Shown: positions 9,057 to 18,645, counted from the first letter of the stretch. The stretch is DNA of 54,608 bases from Fidelibacterota bacterium (GCA_022567655.1 JADFGO010000001.1:1-54608); one strand, 5' to 3'. Notes: generated by a model not told the origin, from the letters alone. Numbers and translations are program-made.

Positions 9057-9395
9057 TCACTTCGAATCCTTCTTGATAGCTTCCAAATCAATATCTTCAG
9101 CCGACCCGAGGTTTTCTATCTCTTTCATCTTTCCCTCACGGGTCTCTTCAAATGAAGCTATTCTTTGAATTATCTTCTTCACTTCGTCATTACCCTTAAT
9201 TCTCCCCTGGTCCTCTTTGTATATAAGCTCATATACTTTTCCGCCGAGCTCGACGAAATTCTTCTCGATTTCCCTGTTTAAACTCAAAATATCGATTTTT
9301 AGCCTTCCGACTTTAGTCAGCATTTCGGCTTTATTCGCCGCTAAACTCCCCCACTCTTTTAAGTTTTTCTTCACCTCATCAAAGAGATTCGACAT
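9057..9395 (-). CDS. Hypothetical small coiled-coil protein
   Basis: 112-aa ORF with AGGAGG 7 nt upstream of the ATG. Charged, heptad-like composition. No family recognised. Confidence 0.6.
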   Translation of the reverse strand: MSNLFDEVKKNLKEWGSLAANKAEMLTKVGRLKIDILSLNREIEKNFVELGGKVYELIYKEDQGRIKGNDEVKKIIQRIASFEETREGKMKEIENLGSAEDIDLEAIKKDSK

Positions 9396-9456
9396 CTGAA
9401 AATTCCTCCTTAAATTGTCACTGTTAGAATATAATTGTTAATAATCAAAAAACAAC

Positions 9457-9624
9457 TCAGTTCGTCTTCCGCACAAATATTGTCCCGACACCGAAGAACG
9501 CGGCTCCTATGAGCAAGGCGATAAGTTCGTATATTTCAGAACTCTCGGCTATTCCATGATACAAGCCGAACAAAACCTGCAAAAGACCTATAAGCTGCAA
9601 CGTCTTCCCTACCTTAAAAGTCAA
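9457..9624 (-). CDS. Possible small two-TM membrane protein (TTG start)
   Basis: Hand translation: (M)TFKVGKTLQLIGLLQVLFGLYHGIAESSEIYELIALLIGAAFFGVGTIFVRKTN*. Too short for the ORF track. Only the hydrophobic pattern supports it. Coordinates are +/-1. Confidence 0.3.
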   Translation of the reverse strand: MTFKVGKTLQLIGLLQVLFGLYHGIAESSEIYELIALLIGAAFFGVGTIFVRKTN

Positions 9625-9828
9625 TTATCGAAATCCCCCATATCAGATTTTTCGCGTAACTTCTTTAAAGAAACTTTAGCCACTTATTCCTTATATTTAA
9701 TTATCTAATCGTGAAAAAAGAATATATTTCGCTCTCAAGCTAATCGCAATGAATATGTCTTTTCTTTCAAGCCGGGCTGCACGGAGATTTTTATAAGATT
9801 AACGGACTATTCGCAATAACAGCAGCCT

Positions 9829-10197
9829 GTGCGGGTTATCCGGCAGCTGCCGGACTGACCGCACACTAATAATTCCCCTCTTGAGAGGGGTGGATTTGAT
9901 AATCGCAGATTATCAAAGACGGGGTGTGTCAGGAGTAAAAGGTTATCACCATTATCTTCGAAATTAATAATTTTATTTAAATAGTGTCTTTGCGAGGAGT
10001 CCCGTCCCGAAGTTTCGGGATCGGGTCGACGTGGCAATCTCGTTTGACTCAAAATTAGATCTGAGATTGCCCGACATATTTCAGGCAGGCAATCTCATAA
10101 ATAACTGCAATACAAGTACTTACGCGATTCCTTCAGTCGCTGCGCTCCTTCGGAATGACGTTTTTTTCTATGTTTTCACACAGCCTCTAAACGGCTG
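9829..10197. repeat. Intergenic cluster of short hairpin (palindromic) modules
   Basis: Hairpins at 9829-9864 (gtgcgg...ccgcac, enclosing the 16-nt palindrome tccggcagctgccgga), 9875-9890 (cccctc/gagggg), 9896-9916 (ttgataatc/gattatcaa), 10005-10020 (tcccgaa/ttcggga), 10033-10071 (ggcaatctc/gagattgcc, with the 9-mer repeated at 10088), 10127-10167 (attcc...ggaat plus T7) and 10181-10197. Confidence 0.6.
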
Positions 10198-10315
10198 GAC
10201 TTAAAATTCTGCGCTTCGACCGATGCCGGGTCGGAGTAATCGGAATCGAGTTCCCTTTGAGCGCTAACGGTGGAAATAGTGTATAAAGCGAAAAAAAAGA
10301 TAGACAGGAGCCGCA

Positions 10316-10534
10316 TCAGTCCTTATCGGGTTCTTCTGTGGATTTATTCCTCATCCAGTTCAGAACCGAGCCGAACTTGTCCGGAGCAAGCAAAGCCAGA
10401 CCAAGAATGATCACAAGCAGACCGGGTAAAATAGGCAGCAGCAATCCTGCCGCGCCGAGGACTACAAGCACTATACCAAGCAGCTGCCGATTCTTATGGA
10501 ACTCGAGTATGTCTTCCCAAAGTGGGTTGTTCAT
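10316..10534 (-). CDS. Small membrane protein (PGPGW-like hairpin TM protein, tentative)
   Basis: 72 aa with two adjacent TM helices: LLGIVLVVLGAAGLLLPILPGLLVIILGLALL. Confidence 0.55.
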   Translation of the reverse strand: MNNPLWEDILEFHKNRQLLGIVLVVLGAAGLLLPILPGLLVIILGLALLAPDKFGSVLNWMRNKSTEEPDKD

Positions 10535-10637
10535 TCTCTTCCTGTCATTTGATTTCAGTGTGTTAACCGGGCAGTAATATATTCTTGAGAATCTCTTATA
10601 TCAAGCAGGGATTTATTGACTGCTTATTTTAAAGCAC

Positions 10638-11780
10638 TCAATACTTCTCTCCACTCCCCGTTATAAACACCACGACTTTTTCACTCCCGGTTAAAAACCT
10701 GTTTTTCAGGAGATTTTTTACCGCAATAACCGCCGCCCCCGCTTCAGGAGCTGGATCGATCCCGCTGTGTTTTCTCGTTAAGTTCACTCCTTCGTCTATT
10801 TCCCGCTCACTGACCGCTATGGCAATGCCTCCGCTCTCCCGGATAGCGCCGAGTATAAGGAAATCCCCCACGGCAGACGGAACCCTGAGTCCCAACGCTT
10901 TGGTGTCAGCGTTTTGCCAGAATCCTGCATCCGTTTTCCCATCTTCGAACGCTCTTACGATCGGAGCGCAGCCTTCGCTCTGAACCGATACCATTTTGGG
11001 TTTTTTGTTTCCAATCCAGCCGAACGATTCCATTTCCTGAAACGCTTTCCACATCCCGATCATTCCGGTCCCGCCCCCGGTAGGATAAATGACCACGTCA
11101 GGCAGCTGCCAGTCCATCTGTTCCGCCAATTCATATCCCATCGTCTTTTTGCCTTCGATCCTGTACGGCTCTTTTAAGGTTGATAAATTGAACGATCCAT
11201 CTTTTAATATCTCAGTCATGGCGGTCGCGGCATCCGAAATGTCGCCCTTTATCAATTCAACGTGTGCCCCGTACTCTTTACAGCTGTCCGTGAAGCTTGA
11301 GGGTGTGTCATCCGGCATAAAAACAGCACACTCTATTCCTGCGGAGTGAGAGTAAGCGGCGGCAGATACTCCGGCATTTCCCGCCGACGGCAAAGCGACC
11401 CTTGTTATCCCGAGTTCTTTAGCCCTCGTAATCGCCATCGACATTCCCCTGTCCTTGAAGCTGCCTGTCGGATTCACCGACTCATCTTTCAGGTAGAGGT
11501 TTTCGATCCCTAACTCGTCTCCCAGCTCCTGAGAGCGTTTCAGGGGCGTCCATCCTTCCCCAAGCGTTACTTTTGCGGCTTCGTTCTCGACAGGCAGGAG
11601 CTTACCGTATCTCCACATCGAATCGACATCGTCTATTGATGACTCTTTCAAGGGCGGATTCCCGGAAACGTTCATTTTCGCTAAGAGAGGGCCGCCGCAC
11701 ACACAGAGGTTTACGGGTTCATTTATCGGATATTTTCTGCCGCACTTCGGGCAGGTGAGAAATTTATAGAATTTGTTCAA
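10638..11780 (-). CDS. thrC: Threonine synthase with N-terminal zinc-ribbon
   Basis: PLP-lysine motif GSFKDRG and N-terminal CPKCG...CVCG. The track ORF starts at 11873 and overlaps gatB by 97 nt. I prefer the TTG at 11780, which overlaps the gatB stop (TTGA). Confidence 0.9.
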   Translation of the reverse strand: MNKFYKFLTCPKCGRKYPINEPVNLCVCGGPLLAKMNVSGNPPLKESSIDDVDSMWRYGKLLPVENEAAKVTLGEGWTPLKRSQELGDELGIENLYLKDESVNPTGSFKDRGMSMAITRAKELGITRVALPSAGNAGVSAAAYSHSAGIECAVFMPDDTPSSFTDSCKEYGAHVELIKGDISDAATAMTEILKDGSFNLSTLKEPYRIEGKKTMGYELAEQMDWQLPDVVIYPTGGGTGMIGMWKAFQEMESFGWIGNKKPKMVSVQSEGCAPIVRAFEDGKTDAGFWQNADTKALGLRVPSAVGDFLILGAIRESGGIAIAVSEREIDEGVNLTRKHSGIDPAPEAGAAVIAVKNLLKNRFLTGSEKVVVFITGSGEKY

Positions 11781-13246
11781 TTTTCCGGTTTTATCAACCG
11801 GTCGAGCGCTTCGTTGACTATCTTCGGATTTGCCTTGCCGCCGGACTCCTTCATTACCTGCCCGACAAACCATCCTTTCAACTTCAATTCTCCGTTTCTG
11901 TATCTTTCAGTTTCATCGGGGTTGGATTCAACTATCTTCCGGACTATTTCATCGATCTCAGACTCATCGCTCACCTGTCTGAGACCCTCTCTATCGATGA
12001 TCTCTTCGGCGGTGGAGTCTTCGGTCAGCATCTTCAGGAAAACCGGTTTTGCGGCGCTGATAGATATAGTCCCGCCCGTTACGGAGTTCGTCAATCCGGA
12101 TAACCGTTCCGGAGAGATAGGAAATTCGTCCATTGCCAGGTCATGCTCCCTGAGACTCCGGCTGACCTCACTCTTCATCCACTTCGCTGCGAGAACGGGG
12201 TCATCGCTCCTTTTAGCATATTCATCGTAATAATCCGACATCGCCGCCGACAGTGTCACGAATTCCGCCAATTCATCGTTCAATCCGTATTCCTTGAGAA
12301 ACCTCGCCTTCTTTTTGTCCGGAAGCTCCGGCAGTTTTTCCCTGATCTCCTCGACATATTTATCATCAATCGTAAACGGAACGAGGTCCGGTTCGGGAAA
12401 GTACCTGTAATCATCAGATTCCTCCTTAGCCCGCATCACCGTTATCTCACCGGTGTTCTCGTCCCATAAATTCGTTGATTGTTCTACGGAGCCGCCCGAT
12501 TCTATGATCTCTATCTGTCTTAATATTTCAGCTGAGAGTGCGCGTTCTACGCCCCGGAACGAATTCATGTTCTTGAGTTCGGTTTTGGTTCCCATCTTTT
12601 CATCGCCTATTCTGCGTACCGAGACGTTCGCATCGACTCTCAAACTCCCCTCTTCCATGTTGCAATCGCTAACCCTGAGATACCTGAGAATCTGTTTCAG
12701 TCTCGTCAGGTACTCGAACGCTTCTTCAGGACTTCTCATTTCCGGTTCAGAAACGATCTCTATAAGAGGAATACCGCACCTGTTGAGATCGACTTGTGTA
12801 TCGGTCAAACTCTGATCGTGCAGCGACTTTCCCGCATCCTCTTCCAAATGGATCCTCGTAATACCTATTCTCTTTTCCACGCCGGCTCTGCTGATATCGA
12901 TAGTCCCCTCCTCACAAATCGGCTCCTCGAACTGGCTTATTTGATATCCCTTCGGAAGGTCAGGATAGAAGTAGTTTTTCCGGGCGAACCTTGAGTAGGC
13001 AGCAATCCTGCAATTCATCGCCACGCCTACCATAACGGCATATTCGATGGCTTGCTTATTCAACACGGGAAGAACACCGGGCATGCCTAAACATACAGGA
13101 CAGACCCTGCTGTTGGGAGGCGCGCCGTATTCGGCTTTACATCCACAGAATATTTTCGACTCGGTCGATAGCTGCGTATGCACTTCAAGCCCGATTACAG
13201 GCTCCCAATTCTCCTTCACCGATGCACCCGCCACGGTTTTCCCCAA
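11777..13246 (-). CDS. gatB: Asp/Glu-tRNA(Asn/Gln) amidotransferase subunit B
   Basis: WEPVIGLEVHTQL and PEPDL motifs, GatB/YqeY-type C-terminal domain. TTG start lies directly after the serA stop. Confidence 0.95.
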   Translation of the reverse strand: MGKTVAGASVKENWEPVIGLEVHTQLSTESKIFCGCKAEYGAPPNSRVCPVCLGMPGVLPVLNKQAIEYAVMVGVAMNCRIAAYSRFARKNYFYPDLPKGYQISQFEEPICEEGTIDISRAGVEKRIGITRIHLEEDAGKSLHDQSLTDTQVDLNRCGIPLIEIVSEPEMRSPEEAFEYLTRLKQILRYLRVSDCNMEEGSLRVDANVSVRRIGDEKMGTKTELKNMNSFRGVERALSAEILRQIEIIESGGSVEQSTNLWDENTGEITVMRAKEESDDYRYFPEPDLVPFTIDDKYVEEIREKLPELPDKKKARFLKEYGLNDELAEFVTLSAAMSDYYDEYAKRSDDPVLAAKWMKSEVSRSLREHDLAMDEFPISPERLSGLTNSVTGGTISISAAKPVFLKMLTEDSTAEEIIDREGLRQVSDESEIDEIVRKIVESNPDETERYRNGELKLKGWFVGQVMKESGGKANPKIVNEALDRLIKPEN

Positions 13247-14827
13247 TTAAAAACTTACCTGATTAACGGATAAGATATCTTCCTCTGAAGTTAATTTCTC
13301 CATAACGTCGTGTGGTAACGGAAAATCAAGGTTGACCAGTGAAAGAGCGATTCCTCCCTTTTTGCGTCTGCCGAGATTGAATTCAGCTATGTTCTGATTA
13401 TGGTTCCCCAAAATGGTGCCGATCTTACCGATCACACCCGGTTTATCATCGCTTTTTATGACGAGCATGATACCTTCAGGCTTTACTTCCATATGGTACT
13501 CATCTATCTGAACCAACCTGATATGCTTACCGGCGAAGAGCGTCCCTTTCACCGTAAGCTTCCCGTTAGGTCCGTCAACTACACTCTCTACAATATTCTT
13601 ATAGTTCCCGCCGCTGTGTTCATAGCTTTCCGTGACTTTTATACCCCGCTGCTTTGCAATGTAGTGTGCGTTAACGTTGTTGATCGGGTCGGTGGACGAA
13701 TGGGAAATGAAACCCATCAACACGCTAAGAGCGATCGGAGTAACTTCATTCAGGTCGCCCTTGCACGTGATCTTCATCTCGTTTATTTCTCCGCCGGTCA
13801 GCTGTGATTGCATTCTCCCGATCTTCCCGGCGAGTTCCACAAACGGCTCCATCATCGGGCTCAACTCTCCCCCGGCGTAAGCAACGTTCAAGGCGTTTTT
13901 CGCCTTTTTATGCACTAAATAATCGCGCACCTGGCGACAAGCTTCCAATGAGATCCCCATCTTCGCCTCTTCCGTGGATGCGCCGAGATGAGGCGTAAGC
14001 AGCACGTTATCTGCCTCTAATATAGGACTTCCATCGGGCGGCTCGTTCTCGAAAACATCCAGAGCGGCGCCGGCTACCTTACCGGAATCAAGAGCTCTTT
14101 TTAGTTCTTTTTCTTCAATGAGTCCGCCGCGCGCGCAATTAATTATGCGAACGCCTTTTTTCATCTTTGCAATGGATTTTTTGTTGATTATGTATTTCGT
14201 GTCTTCGTTCAGCGGCATATGAAGCGTAATATAATCGACTTCGCCTAATAGTTTATTGAACTCTGCCGGTTTCATCCCGTTCTCTTCGATGACCTCATTA
14301 GAGACATACGGATCGTAAACCTGTACTTCCATCTCGAAAGCATTCGCCCTCAAGGCGACTTCCTTTCCCACTTTTCCGAATCCCACTACGCCCAGCTTCT
14401 TGTTCTTTAATTCCGTTCCGGTTAAGGCTGCGCGTTCCCATCTGCCCTCTTTGACGCTCTTGTCCGCATAAGCTACATTTCTTGACAAAGCCAGCATAAG
14501 CGCCATAGTGTGTTCAGCGGCAGCATTCGAGTTCACACCGGGAACGTTCATGACTACTATCCCCTTTTTCGTAGCGGCATCAATGTCGATGTTGTCAACA
14601 CCCACGCCTGCGCGGCAAATCACCTTTAAACGTTTCGCAGCTTCGATCAGTTCCGAACTGACCGAAGTGCCGCTTCTGACTATGTGAGCGTCGACGTCCC
14701 TAACGGCTTCTAACAACTCCGCCGGGTTGAGATCAGGTTTGATTATGATCTCGAAGTCATCCGATTCCTTCAACAGATCGATGCCCTCGTCGGAGATCGG
14801 ATCTGTTATCAATACCTTAAAACTCAT
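13247..14827 (-). CDS. serA: D-3-phosphoglycerate dehydrogenase (long form with ACT domain)
   Basis: 526 aa. NAD-binding site GVVGFGKVG, catalytic region LTPHLGAST, C-terminal ACT-like domain (MLVIKSDDKPGVIGKIGTILG). Confidence 0.95.
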   Translation of the reverse strand: MSFKVLITDPISDEGIDLLKESDDFEIIIKPDLNPAELLEAVRDVDAHIVRSGTSVSSELIEAAKRLKVICRAGVGVDNIDIDAATKKGIVVMNVPGVNSNAAAEHTMALMLALSRNVAYADKSVKEGRWERAALTGTELKNKKLGVVGFGKVGKEVALRANAFEMEVQVYDPYVSNEVIEENGMKPAEFNKLLGEVDYITLHMPLNEDTKYIINKKSIAKMKKGVRIINCARGGLIEEKELKRALDSGKVAGAALDVFENEPPDGSPILEADNVLLTPHLGASTEEAKMGISLEACRQVRDYLVHKKAKNALNVAYAGGELSPMMEPFVELAGKIGRMQSQLTGGEINEMKITCKGDLNEVTPIALSVLMGFISHSSTDPINNVNAHYIAKQRGIKVTESYEHSGGNYKNIVESVVDGPNGKLTVKGTLFAGKHIRLVQIDEYHMEVKPEGIMLVIKSDDKPGVIGKIGTILGNHNQNIAEFNLGRRKKGGIALSLVNLDFPLPHDVMEKLTSEEDILSVNQVSF

Positions 14828-15900
14828 TGCAGCTCTTCTAAGGTGGAATCGAGAACCGTTATCAACTCGTCAATATCGTCGGGAGTTACGTCGCCCATGT
14901 GCGCTATCCTGAAAGTTTCCTCTTTTAACTTTCCATAACCGTTCGCGATAGCGTATCCCTTTTCGCTTAATTTCGCTATGAACCTTGATACGTCAATTCC
15001 CTGATTATTTTTAATACATGTTATGGTCGGTGAACGGAATCCTTCCTCAGAGAAGAGATCGAAGTGCTTTCCAGCCCATCCTCTCACTTTGTCAGCCATT
15101 GCCCGGTGTCTTTCAAATCTGTTCTCCAACCCTTCCTCAATAATATCATCTATCTGCATCGAAAGAGCGTACATGTGAGGTATTGAGGCTGTGGACAGCG
15201 TCTGGGAGCGTTTGTGATATTTTTCAAAAACCATGAAATCAAGATAATATCCCTTATTTACAGCTTCTTTCGAGCGTTCAAGCGCTCTCTCCGAAACCGT
15301 GGCTACTGCAAACCCGGGGGGAAGCGCCCACGCTTTCTGTACGCTGGCAAAACAGACGTCCAGCTTCCATTCATCTACTTCTAATTCCGTTCCAACCATC
15401 GAAGAAACGGCATCCACGAGCAATGCAACGTCATCTCGACCGTTTACGACCTCTGCGATTTCCCTGAGATCGTTTATCACGCCGGTGGAAGTTTCGTTGT
15501 GAGTGACGCAAACGGCATCGTAATCGCCTTTTGAAAGAGCCTCCTCAACCATCTCGGGTTTTATTGCCTTTCCCCATTCCACTTCTAAAGCAACCGCTTC
15601 TTTCCCGCAGCTTAATGCTATGTCGTGCCACAGCTTTCCGAAACTTCCGCAGATAAGATTCAAACATCTTTTCCTGACAACGTTCCGTATCGCCGCTTCC
15701 ATAAGACCCGTAGCCGTCGAGGAAGAGAGATAAACCCTGCCGCCGGTATTCAATATCCGGGCGATCCCCCCGACTATCTTCTCATACAACACCGACATTT
15801 CCTTTGAACGATGGCCTATCGTAGGTCCCAGCATCGCTTGCTTGATTTCTTCACGGACATAGACGGGACCGGGGAGAAAAAATTTTGCGGCTGCGTTCAC
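14824..15900 (-). CDS. Class V (AGXT/SerC-type) aminotransferase, probable phosphoserine aminotransferase
   Basis: FFLPGPVYV N-terminus and PLP-lysine context FASVQKAWALPPG. The track ORF starts at 16032 and overlaps serB by 136 nt. The GTG at 15900 overlaps the serB stop (GTGA). Its own stop overlaps the serA start (ATGA). Confidence 0.85.
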   Translation of the reverse strand: MNAAAKFFLPGPVYVREEIKQAMLGPTIGHRSKEMSVLYEKIVGGIARILNTGGRVYLSSSTATGLMEAAIRNVVRKRCLNLICGSFGKLWHDIALSCGKEAVALEVEWGKAIKPEMVEEALSKGDYDAVCVTHNETSTGVINDLREIAEVVNGRDDVALLVDAVSSMVGTELEVDEWKLDVCFASVQKAWALPPGFAVATVSERALERSKEAVNKGYYLDFMVFEKYHKRSQTLSTASIPHMYALSMQIDDIIEEGLENRFERHRAMADKVRGWAGKHFDLFSEEGFRSPTITCIKNNQGIDVSRFIAKLSEKGYAIANGYGKLKEETFRIAHMGDVTPDDIDELITVLDSTLEELQ

Positions 15901-16631
15901 ACCCTTTTCACTACGCTGTCGGAAAGTAGGGCGATTCCACGTTCTATCAACTCCCTGAAAGTTCCCTTTGTATATTGCTCCAATTCGTTCTCTTCCATCA
16001 AAAGCGGGATTAACGGCGCGAAACTGTTGCACTCAATGTAGATTTCGGATGCGTCAAGTACCTTTTTTCTCTTTACGGCTCCCCCGTATCCGATAAACAG
16101 ATCGACCTCGCCAATCGCCTCTATATCATTTGATCCATCGCCTATGAGCACCGATGAACCGTGATTTTCTTTTATCTGCTTTACCACCCTGCTTTTTCCT
16201 CCTTTGGCAACCAACGGAGAGGACTTATCGAACCCTTCGTATTCTCCCGCCTGATTGAAGTATATTTCTACGGAAAATACGTTTTTGTAGTCTATCCCGA
16301 GATAATGCGCTAAATAGTTGACAGCCGGCTGTAGAGCTCCCGTGACCATAAATACGTTCCTACCCGCTTCACTGAGCAGGTTGACCACCTCTTTAGCGTC
16401 CCTCGACAGGTTTGCGATATATAGATCCCCGAGATCCTGTACCTGTTCGAGTGTGGGATTCACAAGTTGAAGCCGTCTCTCATAAGTGTCAATCGATAGA
16501 GAAGAACTCTCCATCGACACACGGGTCAGGGATGATACTTCTTCCCAAACGTTGTTCATATCGGCAAGAAGATCGATTCCTTCCGCGTGGGTAACAGTAC
16601 TGTCACAATCAAATATTACATTCTTTATCAT
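15897..16631 (-). CDS. serB: HAD-family phosphoserine phosphatase
   Basis: Motif I FDCDSTV (DxDST) and motif III GDGSNDIEA. Sits in an operon with serA and the aminotransferase. Confidence 0.8.
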   Translation of the reverse strand: MIKNVIFDCDSTVTHAEGIDLLADMNNVWEEVSSLTRVSMESSSLSIDTYERRLQLVNPTLEQVQDLGDLYIANLSRDAKEVVNLLSEAGRNVFMVTGALQPAVNYLAHYLGIDYKNVFSVEIYFNQAGEYEGFDKSSPLVAKGGKSRVVKQIKENHGSSVLIGDGSNDIEAIGEVDLFIGYGGAVKRKKVLDASEIYIECNSFAPLIPLLMEENELEQYTKGTFRELIERGIALLSDSVVKRV

Positions 16632-16661
16632 GGGAAAAATATTGCCATTTAATCGGACGTA

Positions 16662-16690
16662 AATCTATCCTCATACCCTTGAAAATGCAA
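16662..16690 (-). promoter_or_regulatory. Candidate sigma-70-type promoter for the ser operon
   Basis: Minus strand reads TTGCAT-N17-TAGATT, about 30 nt upstream of the serB ATG. This is a consensus match only. Confidence 0.3.
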
Positions 16691-16749
16691 TATTAAAAAA
16701 TAAGCGTGCTTCCCGGAAATTTCGTGATTTGAAATTAATTTTAGATTAG

Positions 16750-16777
16750 AAAACCGAGGCTATTTACATAGCCCCGG
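16750..16777 (-). terminator. Rho-independent terminator after the 16800-17756 gene
   Basis: Minus strand reads ccggggctat-gtaa-atagcctcgg (one mismatch) followed by TTTTCT. Confidence 0.55.
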
Positions 16778-16799
16778 CAAATTCAGCACTAAAGTCGTC

Positions 16800-17756
16800 C
16801 TAAGGCAGCCGGCGGATCATGTACGGTACTCCAAGTAACTTCGTATTTACGGCTCCTTCCGCACTGAACAGCGTACCCCAATCGATAACATCCACGAAAC
16901 CGTGCCTCATTCTCCCCCGAATCAACCTTGCGCGAAACACTCCGCTGTATATATTGTCTCCGGCGATCAAGTCCACCCGCTTACCGTTGTCAAAAAGACG
17001 TTTCCTGCCCTTGTTCAATCGGCTTCGGGCGCCGTGATGAAGCAAAACCAGCTCTTGGTCGAACACACTCGAGTTTGTAAGGGTAACATAGACCTTCACG
17101 GTGTCCCCCGGTTCAAATGCAGGCAGGTTAGTCCATGAGAAAAACATATTTAGTGGATCGTCTACTATCATTGTATCGCCACCGGAAGAGATCATTTCCA
17201 ATTTCAAAATATCAATTGTTGTGGGGTTAGAGCCGCCGACAAGAGGAGTAACCCCTATGATCCTCCAGTTCAACCTCCTGATTTCACCGTCACCTATTCT
17301 TCTAAATTTAATTTTTCTTATCGTTTCAAAATTGAACGGTTTTACGAACGTGTCTATCGACACCGTATCCGCTGATATCGATACGAGGATTATCAAATCA
17401 CCCGACACAAACCCGATAGACGTGACGATTACGATCGAATCTCCTTCGATCTCCACGCTTCTCTCGAAACTGGTGCTGTCAATTCTTCTGCCTATCCTTA
17501 TCGGTCTTATGGTATCAGCGGAAACTTTCAACAATCCTCCTCCGCTTGAATAGTCGATGTCTAACGCACCGCCATCGTCCAATCCCTCAATTCCCTCCAG
17601 GCTGTCAGCGTCCGCGAGAATGGCAAGGATCGCTTCTTCGACCGTGTCAAAATCATAATCGATCACATCCCGAGAATCTTCCGAACAAGCGGTCAGCTGA
17701 AAAACCATTACGAATAATATTACAGCCATTCTAACCGATATAAAACTTTTGTCCAT
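16800..17756 (-). CDS. Hypothetical lipoprotein
   Basis: 318 aa. Signal peptide with lipobox LTAC, then an acidic linker and a beta-rich body. No family recognised. Confidence 0.7.
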   Translation of the reverse strand: MDKSFISVRMAVILFVMVFQLTACSEDSRDVIDYDFDTVEEAILAILADADSLEGIEGLDDGGALDIDYSSGGGLLKVSADTIRPIRIGRRIDSTSFERSVEIEGDSIVIVTSIGFVSGDLIILVSISADTVSIDTFVKPFNFETIRKIKFRRIGDGEIRRLNWRIIGVTPLVGGSNPTTIDILKLEMISSGGDTMIVDDPLNMFFSWTNLPAFEPGDTVKVYVTLTNSSVFDQELVLLHHGARSRLNKGRKRLFDNGKRVDLIAGDNIYSGVFRARLIRGRMRHGFVDVIDWGTLFSAEGAVNTKLLGVPYMIRRLP

Positions 17757-17781
17757 TTACATATTCCTTCTTTCGCTTGTA

Positions 17782-18642
17782 CTATACCTCATCCATCAGC
17801 ATCGACAGATCGATAGTTTTCGGCGAATGTGTCAAAGCGCCTATTGAGATGAAGTTCACTCCAGCTTCGGCAAAAGCCCGGACGTTCTCCAGGTTTACAC
17901 CTCCGGAGACTTCAATTTTCCATGATTCGGGAACATCGATTCTTATCTCTTTCACCTCTTCAGGAGTCATATTATCAAGAAGTATCCGGTTAACGCCTCT
18001 GACCATGGCTTCCTTTACCTCTTCCCTCTTTTTTACTTCCACTATCACTTCGATTAACTCTCTGTTTTTGCCTATCGCCCTGAGGACGTTGCTGACCGCC
18101 TTGCTCACTCCGCCGGCCCAGATGGCGTGATTATCCTTTACAAGAATGTGATCGAATAATCCCATTCTGTGGTTAGATCCCCCGCCGGCTCTCACGGCAT
18201 ATTTTTCTATGCTTCTGAGAGTAGGCGTAGTCTTCCGCGTATCGAGTATTACCGCATCGGTATTTTCAACCGCTTTCACGAATTTGTCGGTATACGAGGC
18301 TATCCCGCTCAACCTTCCGAGGAAATTCAACGCGCACCTTTCCGCCGTGAGCATCGAACTTCCATTCCCCTTTACCCGCATCAGGACAGCCTCTTTCTCA
18401 AACCTCTCTCCATCTTCAAGAAAGGATTCTATTTCAAGAGTGTCGTCGATACTGCGAAATACCGATTCCGCTATCTCAATACCGGCAAGCACTCCGTCCT
18501 CTTTTGAAATAATAGACGCTTTCGAAAATCTCGGCTCGTGAAGGACTATTTCTGTCGTGAGGTCACCGTCACCGATGTCCTCTTTTAAAGCCCTTTCTAT
18601 GAGCTCTTCGACTTCCTCCATCATTTTCGCGTCAAGCTTCAT
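17782..18642 (-). CDS. nadC: Nicotinate-nucleotide pyrophosphorylase (quinolinate phosphoribosyltransferase)
   Basis: 286 aa. ERCALNFLGRLSGIASYT, DTRKTTP and LVKDNH motifs. Confidence 0.95.
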   Translation of the reverse strand: MKLDAKMMEEVEELIERALKEDIGDGDLTTEIVLHEPRFSKASIISKEDGVLAGIEIAESVFRSIDDTLEIESFLEDGERFEKEAVLMRVKGNGSSMLTAERCALNFLGRLSGIASYTDKFVKAVENTDAVILDTRKTTPTLRSIEKYAVRAGGGSNHRMGLFDHILVKDNHAIWAGGVSKAVSNVLRAIGKNRELIEVIVEVKKREEVKEAMVRGVNRILLDNMTPEEVKEIRIDVPESWKIEVSGGVNLENVRAFAEAGVNFISIGALTHSPKTIDLSMLMDEV

Positions 18643-18645
18643 CCA

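Noticed and set aside
9807-10052. An 81-aa minus-strand ORF in the 9.8-10.1 kb gap.
   Set aside because: It reads straight through consecutive palindromic modules. It is Arg/Pro/Cys-rich and low-complexity, with no RBS. It is most likely non-coding repeat sequence.
10590-10625. The hairpin aagcag-N11-ctgctt followed by ATTTT, after thrC, as a terminator.
   Set aside because: The T-tract is on the plus strand, but both flanking genes are on the minus strand. In the minus orientation no U-tract follows the stem.
11781-11873. Long N-terminal extensions in the ORF track: thrC to 11873, the aminotransferase to 16032, the Spy-like gene to 19727, the small secreted protein to 26227 and lolD to 54437.
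   Set aside because: Each extension overlaps the upstream gene by 68-136 nt, or precedes an obvious signal peptide or conserved N-terminus. Downstream starts give canonical 4-8-nt couplings or good RBS spacing.
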